A DNA stretch of 52,232 nt from Candidatus Pacearchaeota archaeon CG_4_10_14_0_2_um_filter_35_33 (GCA_002792635.1 PFOR01000009.1:1-52232); one strand, 5' to 3'; counted from the first letter of the stretch, positions 1 through 10,179 are shown. Program-made: numbers and translations. The notes: generated from the sequence alone by a model not told the origin.

Positions 1-22
1 ATCTTACCCTCCAGAAAAGAAA

Positions 23-184
23 ATGGATGCAGACGAATCAAGATTAAGAATGGCTGTAATTGCCGGTGCTGCAAAAGCATGCAGGTATAAGGATGAACAT
101 CCAAGAGCTTCCGAACAGGAAGTAGTTCAAAACATAACTGACAACGTCAAAGAAATCCTGGACAAAATCGATAATCCCTTTTAG
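23..184 (+). CDS. small hypothetical protein (53 aa, MDADESRLRMAVIAGAAKAC...)
   Basis: Manually translated ATG23..TAG184, open and protein-like; below the ORF track cutoff. Confidence 0.6.
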   Translation: MDADESRLRMAVIAGAAKACRYKDEHPRASEQEVVQNITDNVKEILDKIDNPF

Positions 185-220
185 CGAGGTTTAAAAACCT
201 TTTTATTTCTCCAAACCCAA

Positions 221-412
221 ATGTCGAATCTACAAGAAATAAAATCAAAAATAGGAGAAAGAAATCTGGAATCCTAGATAGCAGATACGAAAAGACAGCA
301 CGAGGTAGCCCAAGCCTCAGAACGCATTACTTTTCCAGAAGAAAATTACGTTTTGGCACAAATTAACAAAAGGTACCAAGAAAGACAAGAAGCATTCAGA
401 GACTATAACTGA
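221..412 (+). pseudogene. possible small ORF with in-frame TAG at 275-277
   Basis: ATG221 follows a TTTAAAAA TATA-like box; the frame stays open after the TAG until TGA412; no family recognised. Confidence 0.3.
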
Positions 413-447
413 AACCTTTAAAAACATATTTCAATCCTTATTCTCGA

Positions 448-573
448 GCGGGGGTTCCGGAGTGGTCAAACGGGCAGGACTTAAGAAGTCTGTCGTTCGT
501 TAGAACGATCTAAAACAGGATTAGGATATCCTGTGGCTTAGTGCCTTCGTAGGTTCGAATCCTACCCCCCGCA
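448..573 (+). tRNA. tRNA-Leu(TAA) with a 42-nt intron at canonical 37/38 (486-527)
   Basis: GCGGGGG/CCCCCGC acceptor stem; anticodon arm CAGGA-CTTAAG^ATCCTG; long variable arm; GTTCGAAT T-loop; a bulge-helix-bulge can be drawn at the intron junctions. Confidence 0.93.
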
Positions 574-580
574 TCAATCT

Positions 581-666
581 GGATTCGAACAGGTTCGAAT
601 ACTTCAGCGAATCCCTGAGCTGAAGTTACCAGGGAACGTAGTTCAATGAGTACCTACCCCCCGCAT
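581..666 (+). repeat. duplicated tRNA-Leu 3' end interrupted by a 52-nt structured insert (601-652)
   Basis: GGATTCGAAC (inverted T-arm) + AGGTTCGAAT + insert + CCTACCCCCCGCAT, identical to the tRNA 3' end. Confidence 0.85.
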
Positions 667-667
667 C

Positions 668-1390
668 TCATTTACTCAATTTTAGAAAATTCTCCTCAAT
701 CCTTTTTTCTACATATTTCAAATTCAATCCCTTCATTTTAGCAATCATTTGATAACTTTCTAGAACATTCACTGGCTCATTAGGAAACTTCTTATCTGGA
801 TGGCTATAAGGTGAATCAGTCTCACACAACAACTGCTCTATTGGCACAATCCTCGCAACATTCTGAAAGTGTTCACTTCTCTTAACAGCCGTCGGTATCG
901 ATAAAAACCAACCATTATCAATTATCCTTGAAACCAACTTCAGATTTCCTGAAAAATAATGCATTATCACTTTTTTTGCTTCAGCTTTTTCAAGAATTTC
1001 GATACACTCTCTTTCAGCTTTTCTAGAATGTACGGTTATAGGCTTATCTAACTCTTTTGAAAGAGAAATAAACTTCTTGAAAACAGTTTCTTGCTTTTTA
1101 CTTTTACCTTTAACAAAATCCATTCCGACCTCCCCAATCCCCCAAACCTTCTCAGAATTCTTCCTAATAAACTCAATTTCCTCATCTATGTTTCCTGGTT
1201 CATCAGGATAAACGCCAAGACAAATCTTAACACCATATTCCTCAAAATATTCTAACATTTTTTTATTAGTCTCGGAATCTATCCCATCACTAACTATAAT
1301 GATATTCTTCTTCCTAGCCCTTTCAACGGCTTTCTTTAATTTAATCTCTTTTTCTAACAAATCCAAATGACAATGCACATCTATAAACAT
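668..1390 (-). CDS. tatD: TatD family DNase
   Basis: DVHCHL, GIGEVGMD, VHSR, MHYFSG and ETDSPY motifs. Confidence 0.92.
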   Translation of the reverse strand: MFIDVHCHLDLLEKEIKLKKAVERARKKNIIIVSDGIDSETNKKMLEYFEEYGVKICLGVYPDEPGNIDEEIEFIRKNSEKVWGIGEVGMDFVKGKSKKQETVFKKFISLSKELDKPITVHSRKAERECIEILEKAEAKKVIMHYFSGNLKLVSRIIDNGWFLSIPTAVKRSEHFQNVARIVPIEQLLCETDSPYSHPDKKFPNEPVNVLESYQMIAKMKGLNLKYVEKRIEENFLKLSK

Positions 1391-1440
1391 CTAATTCTCT
1401 GGAAAAATAACTTTTTATATCCTATCTTTCTCAGATTTAC

Positions 1441-2040
1441 ATGAAAATTAATATTCCCAATAAGGTTAATCAACTAATAGACACTAAATTAAAAGAATTT
1501 CAATCATTCTCAAACAAAACAGACAAGGGATGGTTCCAGGAGCTCTGCTTCTGCATATTAGCAGCCAACAGCAAACAAAAAACAGCCCAGCAAATTCAGG
1601 AATCATTAAAAGATAGACTGCTGACAATAAACCAATCAGCCTTGGCTTTATATATAAAAAACTCAAAACACCGATTTCATAACAATAAAGCTAAATACAT
1701 AATAGAGGCAAGAAAACACCACCCCCTAAAAGAAAAATTAACAGGTAATGAATCAGAAAACAGAAACTGGCTTGTGAATAACATAAAAGGCATAGGTATG
1801 AAAGAAGCCAGCCATTTTCTAAGAAACACAGGCTCTCAAAATCTGGCAATCCTTGATAGACATATACTTAGAACATTAGAAGAAAACAATATAATTAGCG
1901 AGATGCCTAAATTACTCTCTCAGAAACAATATCTAATAATTGAACAAAAATTCCAAGATCTGGCAAAACAACTAAATATGTCTCCCGCCAGATTAGATTT
2001 AATGGTTTGGTATCTTAAAACCGGAAAAGTTGCAAAATGA
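1441..2040 (+). CDS. ogg: 8-oxoguanine DNA glycosylase / AP lyase (archaeal Ogg)
   Basis: ELCFCILAAN, RFHNNKAKYI, HhH KGIGMKEASHFLRN, AILDRH. Confidence 0.9.
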   Translation: MKINIPNKVNQLIDTKLKEFQSFSNKTDKGWFQELCFCILAANSKQKTAQQIQESLKDRLLTINQSALALYIKNSKHRFHNNKAKYIIEARKHHPLKEKLTGNESENRNWLVNNIKGIGMKEASHFLRNTGSQNLAILDRHILRTLEENNIISEMPKLLSQKQYLIIEQKFQDLAKQLNMSPARLDLMVWYLKTGKVAK

Positions 2041-2171
2041 ACTTTAACGAAAAATGTTATTCCCTATTAAGAAAAGTCCCAAAAGGAAAGGTCACGACTT
2101 ACAAATCAATTGCCCATAAACTAAATTCCAATGCCTACAAGTTAGAATTAGATCAAATAAATAGGAAATAA
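2037..2171 (+). pseudogene. truncated MGMT/Ogt-family alkyltransferase (N-terminal part only)
   Basis: MNFNEKCYSLLRKVPKGKVTTYKSIAHKLNSNAY, then similarity is lost; no PCHR motif; ATGA overlap with ogg. Confidence 0.75.
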
Positions 2172-2268
2172 TATTTTTTCTCCCACCCGATAGGAGAGAC
2201 GCGCGCAGTTTTCGAATTCTCGAAAACTAGATAGCAAAAACTTCGTTTTTGATTAACCGGGGATTTCC

Positions 2269-2405
2269 TTAGTCCTGCGAACAGATAGTTTTTTGTCTTC
2301 GACAAAAATAGAAAAACTTCTTTTATCCGACCAACGAAAACCCAACGAAATTAAAATTTCGTCTAACAAAGGATAAACGATTACGCTTCGCTTCATCCAA
2401 ATTTT
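2269..2405 (+). repeat. cassette-leader repeat, copy A
   Basis: Homologous to the reverse complement of 12186-12326; core 2310-2341 matches at 31/32 nt. Confidence 0.8.
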
Positions 2406-2477
2406 TTCCAAAACAAAAAGTTGGGGGCTGTTTTGAAACGGAGTCTTTTTAAATAACAGAGAGTAACCAATATTATT

Positions 2478-3389
2478 ATGGCATTATTCAAAATCAATAA
2501 TTCGAATGTAGCAAAACTCTCAACATTAGACATTGGAAAAGAAAGAGATATTCAGAGACTTTTTGAGGAAAATCTCCTAACTATTCTGAACGTTGATTTT
2601 TTGGCAACAGAATACAGCACTTCTTTTGGAGGGAGAATTGACACTTTAGGAATTGATAAAAATGGCTCTCCTGTAATCATTGAATACAAGAGAAACCAAA
2701 ACGACAATGTAATTAATCAAGGTTTATCTTATTTAAGATGACTTTTAGACCATAAAGCAGATTTTGAGATTCTATGTAGAAACAAAAAGATTGATATTGA
2801 AATTGATTGGACTTCACCAAGAGTTATCTGTGTTGCTGAAAGTTACAATAAGTTTGATTTGGATACTGTTGAAATTTTGCCAATCAAAATTGAACTTTTG
2901 AGGTATAGAATTTATGAAGATAATATCCTTCTTGTTGAATCTGAAACTCAAAAGACCATAAAAATTAGCACATCCAAAATCTTTGAAAAAGGAAAAAAAG
3001 AGAAAGACACAACAAAATTGCAGAAAGACTACTCAATTGAAACACATTTGCAAGTTGCATCAAGCCAAATAAAAGAACTATTTATGCAACTTAAAGAAAT
3101 GATAACGAGTTTGGATGAGGCAATAATAGAAGAAGCAAAAGCAAAATACATTGCTTACAAACTGACCACAAATTTTGTTGATATTGTAATTCAGAAAAAT
3201 GCAATCAAAGCATTTCTTAATGTGCCAAGCGGAAAACTAAATGATGCTTATGACATTGCAAGAGACTTAACAAAACCTAAACCAATTGGGCATTGGGGTA
3301 ATGGAGATTATGAGGTTTTGGTAAAAAATGAAGATGAGTTAAAGAAATTATTTGAGCTTATCAAGCAATCTTATAATTACAATAAATAA
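2478..3389 (+). pseudogene. NucS-like PD-(D/E)XK endonuclease with a DUF5655-like C-terminus, internal TGA at 2739-2741
   Basis: ORFs 2478-2741 and 2859-3389 share one frame; GRIDTLG..PVIIEYKR..QGLSYLR*LLDHKADF; GHWGNGD at the C-terminus. Confidence 0.8.
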
Positions 3390-3400
3390 TTTTGATAAAT

Positions 3401-4066
3401 ATGAATGACAAATTTAAACCCCCAGAGGACATTAAAGAATTAACAGACCTATACTATAAAAACCCTGGTTCTGAGAAATTGAATAGTCATGCTAAATACT
3501 TGAACAATCCAAATAACTCTTTTAATGGGCTAAATTTTTCAGAAGAATATGTTAAAGAAATATTTACAACAGATTCATTAATTCCTGAAAAAATCCCTGA
3601 AGAAAAAGACAAGAATACTCCCGACTTTAAAATTGAACAGATTAACTTTTTTATTGAAGTAAAATCCATAAATATTGCTTATGGAGAAAAAATAGACCAA
3701 AATAACACAAAGATTAACTTAAAAGATGAGTGTGGTTGGACAGAAAAAATTAATTTGACTATAAATGATATGGAGAAAAAATTTGAACAACTAGATGGAT
3801 TTTTCATTGGAGCTGTTGTTCCTGATGCAATTTATATCTCACTAAAAAATTCAGACATTCTTTGGCATGAAGATTTCATAAGAAAAACCAACTTTTTAAA
3901 ATCAAAATTGAATGCCCTATTTATTGGACATAGAGGGATTGAAGGAAATGTTGAAAATAAAACACCTTTGATATATGTCAAGGATAAAAGTTTTCAGAAA
4001 ACACTTAAAGATAGCTATGAAAATAAATTTAAAATAAAATTAATTGAAAATAGCCTCCCAACTTAG
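3401..4066 (+). CDS. hypothetical protein, probable PD-(D/E)XK nuclease fold
   Basis: TPDFKI...FFIEVKSIN motif. Confidence 0.55.
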   Translation: MNDKFKPPEDIKELTDLYYKNPGSEKLNSHAKYLNNPNNSFNGLNFSEEYVKEIFTTDSLIPEKIPEEKDKNTPDFKIEQINFFIEVKSINIAYGEKIDQNNTKINLKDECGWTEKINLTINDMEKKFEQLDGFFIGAVVPDAIYISLKNSDILWHEDFIRKTNFLKSKLNALFIGHRGIEGNVENKTPLIYVKDKSFQKTLKDSYENKFKIKLIENSLPT

Positions 4067-4267
4067 TCCTACGGACATTTTGCCTTTTACTTCGTAAAAG
4101 AATTTATAGGAAAGGGCGTCAAGATAGTCTTTTTCTGCGGAAAAAGAAATTTATTAGGGAGCGTCTTACTTCTTTACTAAAAATACTTTTCCATTCTCTT
4201 CTTTTATTATTTTTTCTTTTTCCAATATTTAGCCTTTTTATCGATTATCTGTTCAGTGTCCATTCGG

Positions 4268-4750
4268 TTACCTCCTCTTGCCAATCTCCTTTTGAAATTT
4301 ATCTCTTATTTCATTAACCTTTTTCTCGTTTAATTTTATAATAACAGATTTGCATTTAACTAAAAATTCAGGGGCTTTCTGAATCATTTTATTATATTGT
4401 TCATCTGGAACAGTTCTATCGATATAATATTGAGAATCAACTCTGGCTTTTAATGAATCCTCTGCAAAATCCAATTCACTTTCTTCAAAATATTCTTCGA
4501 GGAATCTTTTTGCAAATTCAATAGTGCAGGAATGAATTTCGCATTTTACACCTAATTTCATCAAGACAGCGTATAATGAGAAATAGATTGTGTAGTATGC
4601 TGTTGAGATTTTCCAATCTTTGATTATGTTTACTCTCATTGATTCAAGAGCTTCTTCAGCTTTCTTAATATAAGCGCTTGCTAAATCTGAATTCGATTCA
4701 ATTAAGCCTAATCCTTCTTTTTTTCCTGCACACCATTTTATTTTATCCAT
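4268..4750 (-). CDS. HEPN domain protein (UPF0332-like), partner of the MNT
   Basis: AYYTIYFSLYAVL..GVKCEIHSCTI..RVDSQY; overlaps the upstream MNT gene. Confidence 0.8.
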   Translation of the reverse strand: MDKIKWCAGKKEGLGLIESNSDLASAYIKKAEEALESMRVNIIKDWKISTAYYTIYFSLYAVLMKLGVKCEIHSCTIEFAKRFLEEYFEESELDFAEDSLKARVDSQYYIDRTVPDEQYNKMIQKAPEFLVKCKSVIIKLNEKKVNEIRDKFQKEIGKRR

Positions 4751-5333
4751 TTTTGAATACACTCTGTATAAATTGCTCTACATTTAGAAAAACCACATGA
4801 TTTTTTAAAACTTCTTTTAGAAGAATATCTTTTGTTAGATTCTTCTTAAATGTTTTCAGAGGATAACATTTAATGCTTATTTCTATACCCAAATTTTTCG
4901 AGATTTTTTTTATTTCGTCATTGTTATAACTTCCTGCAATAAAAATATCCAAATCAGAACCTTCTTTTTCTAATCCCTTAACATAACTTCCAAAAATTAT
5001 GCCGATTCCTTTAATATTGGGAGTGATTTTTTCTATTATTTCTTTAATCAAAAGTTTTTTTTCTAAAAATGCAATCGCTTTATATTGTTCTACGAAAGCA
5101 AGATACCGTTTAGTGAACTCGCTTGGATTTAATTTAAATGTTTTAATCTTGCCTTTAGTTTTTGATTCTATCGCTCCCTTATCTTCCAAATCCTCAAGAA
5201 TAAGCTGTGATGTTCTCGGACTAATTTTCAGTAATTTTTCAACTTCTCGAATATAATATTCTCTGTTAAAATCGTTCGTAAATAGAGATAATACCTGCAA
5301 GGTATTTTCTGTAAATTTTATCTTTTTATACAT
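4743..5333 (-). CDS. wHTH + minimal nucleotidyltransferase (MNT) antitoxin
   Basis: N-terminal HTH; IFGSYVKG...SDLDIF motif. Confidence 0.85.
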   Translation of the reverse strand: MYKKIKFTENTLQVLSLFTNDFNREYYIREVEKLLKISPRTSQLILEDLEDKGAIESKTKGKIKTFKLNPSEFTKRYLAFVEQYKAIAFLEKKLLIKEIIEKITPNIKGIGIIFGSYVKGLEKEGSDLDIFIAGSYNNDEIKKISKNLGIEISIKCYPLKTFKKNLTKDILLKEVLKNHVVFLNVEQFIQSVFKNG

Positions 5334-5588
5334 ATGTATGATTAATAATACAATTACTATATAAAGCTTTCGGTAGCCCAGAAAATGACAAATGACACCC
5401 CTAAATGTTCTTTTAAAAAAAGAAACAAAAAGATTAAAACCTCCTCTCGTCCTACAGACATTTTCACTCCATACGGTCGAATTTATCAGTAATCCAAAAA
5501 CTTTGCTTTTTTCTATTGAAGAACTCCCTCATCCTGCCTATTTTAGATATTATAAACAAAACCAGTATAACAAGTCCAGTATGGTAAA

Positions 5589-5639
5589 ATCAAAAAGTTC
5601 TTGTGTGTTTGAACTTTTGGATGCTCAAGAAACCTTGAC
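5589..5639 (-). mobile_element. small palindromic insertion element, copy 1 (51 bp)
   Basis: Minus strand ATTAT|GTCAAGGTT...AAGAACTTTTTGAT; same ends as copies 2-4. Confidence 0.75.
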
Positions 5640-5733
5640 ATAATAATCGCAGAACCCCAATCTTTCTGATACTCAAATCAAACGCCTACTGCCCAACATA
5701 AAAGTATACAAGAGTATCGTCCCTGCTTTAATC

Positions 5734-7041
5734 CTAGATAAACTTCCACTTCTTCAAAATCTTTTCCAGGTTCAAATCTTTCTCTTCTAAAGTATAAGTT
5801 ACATTGACAATCGGCTTTTTTGTCTTAATTATTGCAGATAATTTTATAGGCGTTCCGGAAACTACAACATCACAAGGAGTATTATTAATCGTGGTCTGCA
5901 ATTCCTGGATTTGTTTCTTTCCATAACCCATTGCCGGCAAAACATCAGTAACATGTCCATACTTTTCGTAAGTTTTCTTTATACTTCCAACAGCATACCT
6001 CTTAGGACTCACAATCTTAGCACCAGCATTCTTTGCTGCAATATATCCCGCCCCAAACTTCATACCTCCATGAGTTAATGTAGGCCCATCTTCAACTATC
6101 AATGCTCTCTTTCCCTTCAAATGATCTTTATCTATTTTTAATCTCGACGCAGCTTTAATTACACTAGCATTCGGATTAAATTTCTTAATATTTTCCTCAA
6201 TTTCCTCAATCCCTCCTTTAGGTGCCGTCTCAACTTTGTTAATAATTATTACATCAGCCATTCTGAAATTAGCTTCTCCCGGATGATAAATCATTTCATG
6301 TCCAGCCCTATGAGGGTCAGTAACAACAATATGTAAATCGGGTTTATAGAAAGGCAAATCATTATTTCCTCCATCCCACAAAATAATATCTGCTTCCTTC
6401 TCTGCCTCTTTTAATATCTTTCCATAGTCGACACCCGCATATATTACCATCCCTTTCCTTATCCACGGCTCATATTCTTCCCTTTCTTCTATAGTGCATT
6501 CATATTTGTCAAAATCCTCATATGTTTCAAATCTCTGCACCTCTTGTTTTATCAAATTCCCATATGGCATTGGATGCCTAATTGCAACAAATTTCTTGCC
6601 ATGTTTCTTTAACACTTCCGCGATTTTTCTTGTTGTTTGGCTTTTTCCGCATCCCGTCCTGACAGCACAAACACTGATAACTTTTTTTCTGCTCTTAAGC
6701 ATAGTCTCCTGACCAAGCAAAACAAAGTCAGCCCCATTTGCAATTGCGATGGAAGCTTCGTGCATAACAGCTTCATGGCTTAAATCAGAATGCGAGAAAA
6801 CAACATCATCAATCTTATATTTTTTAATCAGCACAGGCATATCAGATTCAGGAAAAATGGGAATATCTTTCTTATACAACTTCCCCGCAAATTCCTTCGG
6901 AAAATTTCTTTTATCAATTCCAGGTATTTGCTCAGCAGTAAAACATTTCACATCATAATCCTTATTGTCTTTATACTTCACCAAAAAATTGTGAAAATCC
7001 CTCCCGCCTGCACCTGAAATAACTACATTTCTTTTTTTCAT
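5734..7041 (-). CDS. arcE: cyclic 2,3-diphosphoglycerate synthetase-like P-loop protein, probable arginine synthetase (ArcE-like)
   Basis: GAGGRDFHNF, AVRTGCGKSQT, IRHPMPYG, CTIEEREEYE, WDGGNND, EDGPTLTHGGM; clustered with carbamoyltransferase and carbamate kinase genes. Confidence 0.75.
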   Translation of the reverse strand: MKKRNVVISGAGGRDFHNFLVKYKDNKDYDVKCFTAEQIPGIDKRNFPKEFAGKLYKKDIPIFPESDMPVLIKKYKIDDVVFSHSDLSHEAVMHEASIAIANGADFVLLGQETMLKSRKKVISVCAVRTGCGKSQTTRKIAEVLKKHGKKFVAIRHPMPYGNLIKQEVQRFETYEDFDKYECTIEEREEYEPWIRKGMVIYAGVDYGKILKEAEKEADIILWDGGNNDLPFYKPDLHIVVTDPHRAGHEMIYHPGEANFRMADVIIINKVETAPKGGIEEIEENIKKFNPNASVIKAASRLKIDKDHLKGKRALIVEDGPTLTHGGMKFGAGYIAAKNAGAKIVSPKRYAVGSIKKTYEKYGHVTDVLPAMGYGKKQIQELQTTINNTPCDVVVSGTPIKLSAIIKTKKPIVNVTYTLEEKDLNLEKILKKWKFI

Positions 7042-7237
7042 ATTTATTTAAGGAAAATTGTTTTTAAAAAACTATCCCAAATAGTTAAAAATACTTGGTT
7101 AAGTTATTTTCGTACAAAACTATTTGGGAAAATGCTTCTTCTCCACGATACTCAACATCTGCCCATCTTCTATCTCCTTCATGTGAAATTATCTGTTGTT
7201 TTCATTAAAGTCAACTCTTACCCCCTTATTTCTGGCT

Positions 7238-8503
7238 TTAACTTCCATCCCCACACCCCATGAAGTTACATATTTTTCCGGAATGCTTGAACCCTTTCTT
7301 TCTAATTTCTTTCATAGATTTTTCTAAAACACTTAAACCGACATCAATTTCTTTCTTATTGACAACATAAGGGGGAATCAATCTTATCCCTTTTTCTCCC
7401 GCTCCCAAAACTAATAATCCTCTTTTCGCAGATTCAATAACTAAATTATCTCTTTCTCTGGAATCCTGTAAGTCAAATGCGGTCATCAATCCCCTCCCCC
7501 TAATATTACCAACTTCAAGCTCATTCAACCTCTTCATCATATATTTCCCGTTCTTTCTGTTTTTCTGCAAGAGTTTTTCTTTCTTTATTATATCAATTGT
7601 TTTCATACCAAGCATCATATCAACGACACTTCCACCGCCCCATGTCGATGATAATGCTCCCGGCTCATCAGGAAACATATTGGAAACAGTAGCTCCTACC
7701 TGAAGAGCTTTAGCAGCACTAAACACGTCAGGCCTTATTCCATAATGCTCAAAGCTCCACCATTTTCCCGTTCTACCCATTCCAGCCTGCACCTCATCAG
7801 CAATATAAGGAATCTTATTATTCTTGCATATAGAATAAACACCCCTTACCATTTTTCTTTCAGGAACCCTATATCCTCCTTCTCCCTGTAAATGCTCTAA
7901 AATCACAAGCCCAACGCTCTGGCTTCCGTGTTTCTTTATTATATCTTTTAATTTATCTCCCGCACTTTCATCAAAAGGAAGTTCTTTATTCGGTTCTAAC
8001 ATATAACCCTTTCTATGGATTGGTTTGGAATGATGCAAACTTAATGCCCCAAGAGTTCTTCCATGAAAAGCCCCCTGAAAACTTATTGTAAATTTCTTTT
8101 CCTTTCTTTTCCGCATTGCAATCTTTATCGCATTTTCGACAGCTTCCGCCCCGCTGTTTGACAAGAAGGCCTGTTTCATCCCTTTAGATATAGAAAGAAC
8201 TTTGTCAATCATTTTTAAATGCTCTCTAACGGTAAAGTCCTGCCCGGCATATTTCACGGGAAAACTTTTCAAGGATTTTACAATTTTCAATAGTTCTGGA
8301 TGATTGTAACCAAGAGGATTTGTCGCTATTTGAGATGCAAAATCAAGAAATCTGTTACCATCAATATCTTCACAATAAACACCCCGCCCCTTGCCAGAAA
8401 ACACAAGAGGATGCGGAACACCATAACCTCCGTTTTTCTTCTTCAACTCTACAAGAAACCTCGCAGATTTTGGTCCCGGTATTTTTGTTTTTATATTTAT
8501 CAT
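7238..8503 (-). CDS. class III PLP aminotransferase (ornithine/4-aminobutyrate type)
   Basis: NSGAEAVENAIK, FHGRTLG, QGEGGY, DEVQAGMGRTG, SSTWGG. Confidence 0.9.
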   Translation of the reverse strand: MINIKTKIPGPKSARFLVELKKKNGGYGVPHPLVFSGKGRGVYCEDIDGNRFLDFASQIATNPLGYNHPELLKIVKSLKSFPVKYAGQDFTVREHLKMIDKVLSISKGMKQAFLSNSGAEAVENAIKIAMRKRKEKKFTISFQGAFHGRTLGALSLHHSKPIHRKGYMLEPNKELPFDESAGDKLKDIIKKHGSQSVGLVILEHLQGEGGYRVPERKMVRGVYSICKNNKIPYIADEVQAGMGRTGKWWSFEHYGIRPDVFSAAKALQVGATVSNMFPDEPGALSSTWGGGSVVDMMLGMKTIDIIKKEKLLQKNRKNGKYMMKRLNELEVGNIRGRGLMTAFDLQDSRERDNLVIESAKRGLLVLGAGEKGIRLIPPYVVNKKEIDVGLSVLEKSMKEIRKKGFKHSGKICNFMGCGDGS

Positions 8504-8545
8504 CTCTTTTTATTTCCAAAAATTTATTATGCGTCGGATGGTTAA

Positions 8546-8731
8546 TTATGCCTGAAACAAATAAAAGTATTTAAATCCTTGTTCATCCCAATGTATAAAG
8601 CATTCTTTAATAATTAGATTTTGAGAATTATCTCCAACAGAATGAGATTTAACCTTTTTCAGCAATCTAAAGGACACTTCTTTATCGTGATTTACAACCG
8701 CTTCTTTTCCAATCCACTTTAATGTAGGCAT
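8546..8731 (-). pseudogene. type III R-M Mod methyltransferase, N-terminal fragment
   Basis: MPTLKWIGKEAVVNHDKEVSFRLL...NLII, then diverges. Confidence 0.7.
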
Positions 8732-8732
8732 C

Positions 8733-9884
8733 TTATACAATCACCACATCTAAAATCTCGTGAGCAACAAAAAGTTTATTTCTTTCTTTTTCACTTGTAG
8801 GTTTTAGGATATTTAGTTTAATTAAATTTTGAACAGCTTTTTTTGCAGTAGGATAGGTGATATTTAATTTTTTGGCAACTTGGTTTATCCGTATAAAAGG
8901 ATTCATAAAAAGCAAATCCACCAAACTCAATAAATTTATTGCTTGTTTATGGTTTTTCGTTTTCTCTTGGTACTTCTCACTAAGTTTTTGAATTTTTATC
9001 GTTCTCTCCAATGCATCTTCAGATTGAACTTTTATTGCTTCTAAAAAGAACTTAATCCATTCTTCAAACTTGCCTGTTTTGTTTGCATTTAACAAAGTTT
9101 CATAATACTCTCTCCTATGTTTTTCAAAATAATCACTTGCATATAGAAGAGGTTTTGAAATTTTATTTTTCTTACAAAGATAAAGAGTAATTAATGACCT
9201 TCCGATCCTCCCATTTCCATCACAAAAAGGATGTATTGTTTCAAATTGATAATGCATTAAAGCACATTTAATCAATAAAGGCATTTCGTCGTACTTATTT
9301 AGATATTCTATTAACCCATTAACTAATTTTTCAACTTCTTCTTGAGGTGGGGGAACGAAAGTTACATCTTGAATTTTTGTATTTTTTGGACCAATCCAAT
9401 TTTGGACAGGTCTAAAATTTCCAGGTAAAAGCTCGTTACCTCGAACGCCCTTCATTAAAAGTTTATGCATCTCTTTTATTAGTTCTGTGTTTATTGGCTC
9501 CTTTTCAATTTTCTTTAAAGCATAATTCATAGATTTAAGATAATTTCCAACTTCTGTTGCTTCTATGTCTTCTTTTTCAATACCCTTGGCTTCTGTTAAA
9601 AAGTAGTCTGATAGAGAAATTCTTGTCCCTTCAATTCTCGAACTTGAAAGAGCTTCTTTTTTTAGATAAGGAATAACTAATAAATCTGGGTTTGGTAAAA
9701 GCAATCCTGCTCCAGAAAGTTTGCTTAGAGTGCTATCTGCTTTAGAAAGTGATAAAACCAATTGAGGAGTATAGTCAAAATTTGGAGGAAGTTTTTCTGG
9801 AATAAAGGATAAGTATTCCCCATGTTCTTCAGTTTCTTTCTTAACTAACTTCCCAAAAGCTCCTTTAAATTCAGAAGTTTCCAT
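8733..9884 (-). CDS. Fic family protein (with C-terminal wHTH)
   Basis: HPFCDGNGRIGR Fic motif; EALSSSRIEGT. Confidence 0.93.
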   Translation of the reverse strand: METSEFKGAFGKLVKKETEEHGEYLSFIPEKLPPNFDYTPQLVLSLSKADSTLSKLSGAGLLLPNPDLLVIPYLKKEALSSSRIEGTRISLSDYFLTEAKGIEKEDIEATEVGNYLKSMNYALKKIEKEPINTELIKEMHKLLMKGVRGNELLPGNFRPVQNWIGPKNTKIQDVTFVPPPQEEVEKLVNGLIEYLNKYDEMPLLIKCALMHYQFETIHPFCDGNGRIGRSLITLYLCKKNKISKPLLYASDYFEKHRREYYETLLNANKTGKFEEWIKFFLEAIKVQSEDALERTIKIQKLSEKYQEKTKNHKQAINLLSLVDLLFMNPFIRINQVAKKLNITYPTAKKAVQNLIKLNILKPTSEKERNKLFVAHEILDVVIV

Positions 9885-9990
9885 GATAATTATGATTGAA
9901 AAGACTATTTAAAACTATGTTTTCTTATTAAACAAAATAGGCAAATCGTTTAATAACGATTTTTCTTATTAAATGCTAATTTAAATACAT

Positions 9991-10179
9991 TTAATATAAT
10001 TGAATAAAAAGCCATTTATCATGCCTGCATAAATCTTGTGCTTCTCCACCAACAACTTTTCCCAACCACTTTTTTATTTTAGGAGAATTAACTTTATCAT
10101 TATAAACCCAATTTTCATTTCCAGTGTTATAGGGCGGGTCTATGTAAATACATTTTACTTTTCCAATATAATAAGGCAT
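9991..10179 (-). pseudogene. type III Mod methyltransferase internal fragment (DPPY motif)
   Basis: PYYIGKVKCIYIDPPYNTGNENWVYND...RHDKWL. Confidence 0.8.

Noticed and set aside
591-666. Split-tRNA half or second intron-containing tRNA
   Set aside because: The upstream tRNA is already complete, the duplicate has no 5' half or separate promoter, and no convincing BHB was found around the insert
5392-5643. 83-aa ORF
   Set aside because: It runs through element copy 1 in a degraded intergenic region; no recognisable family
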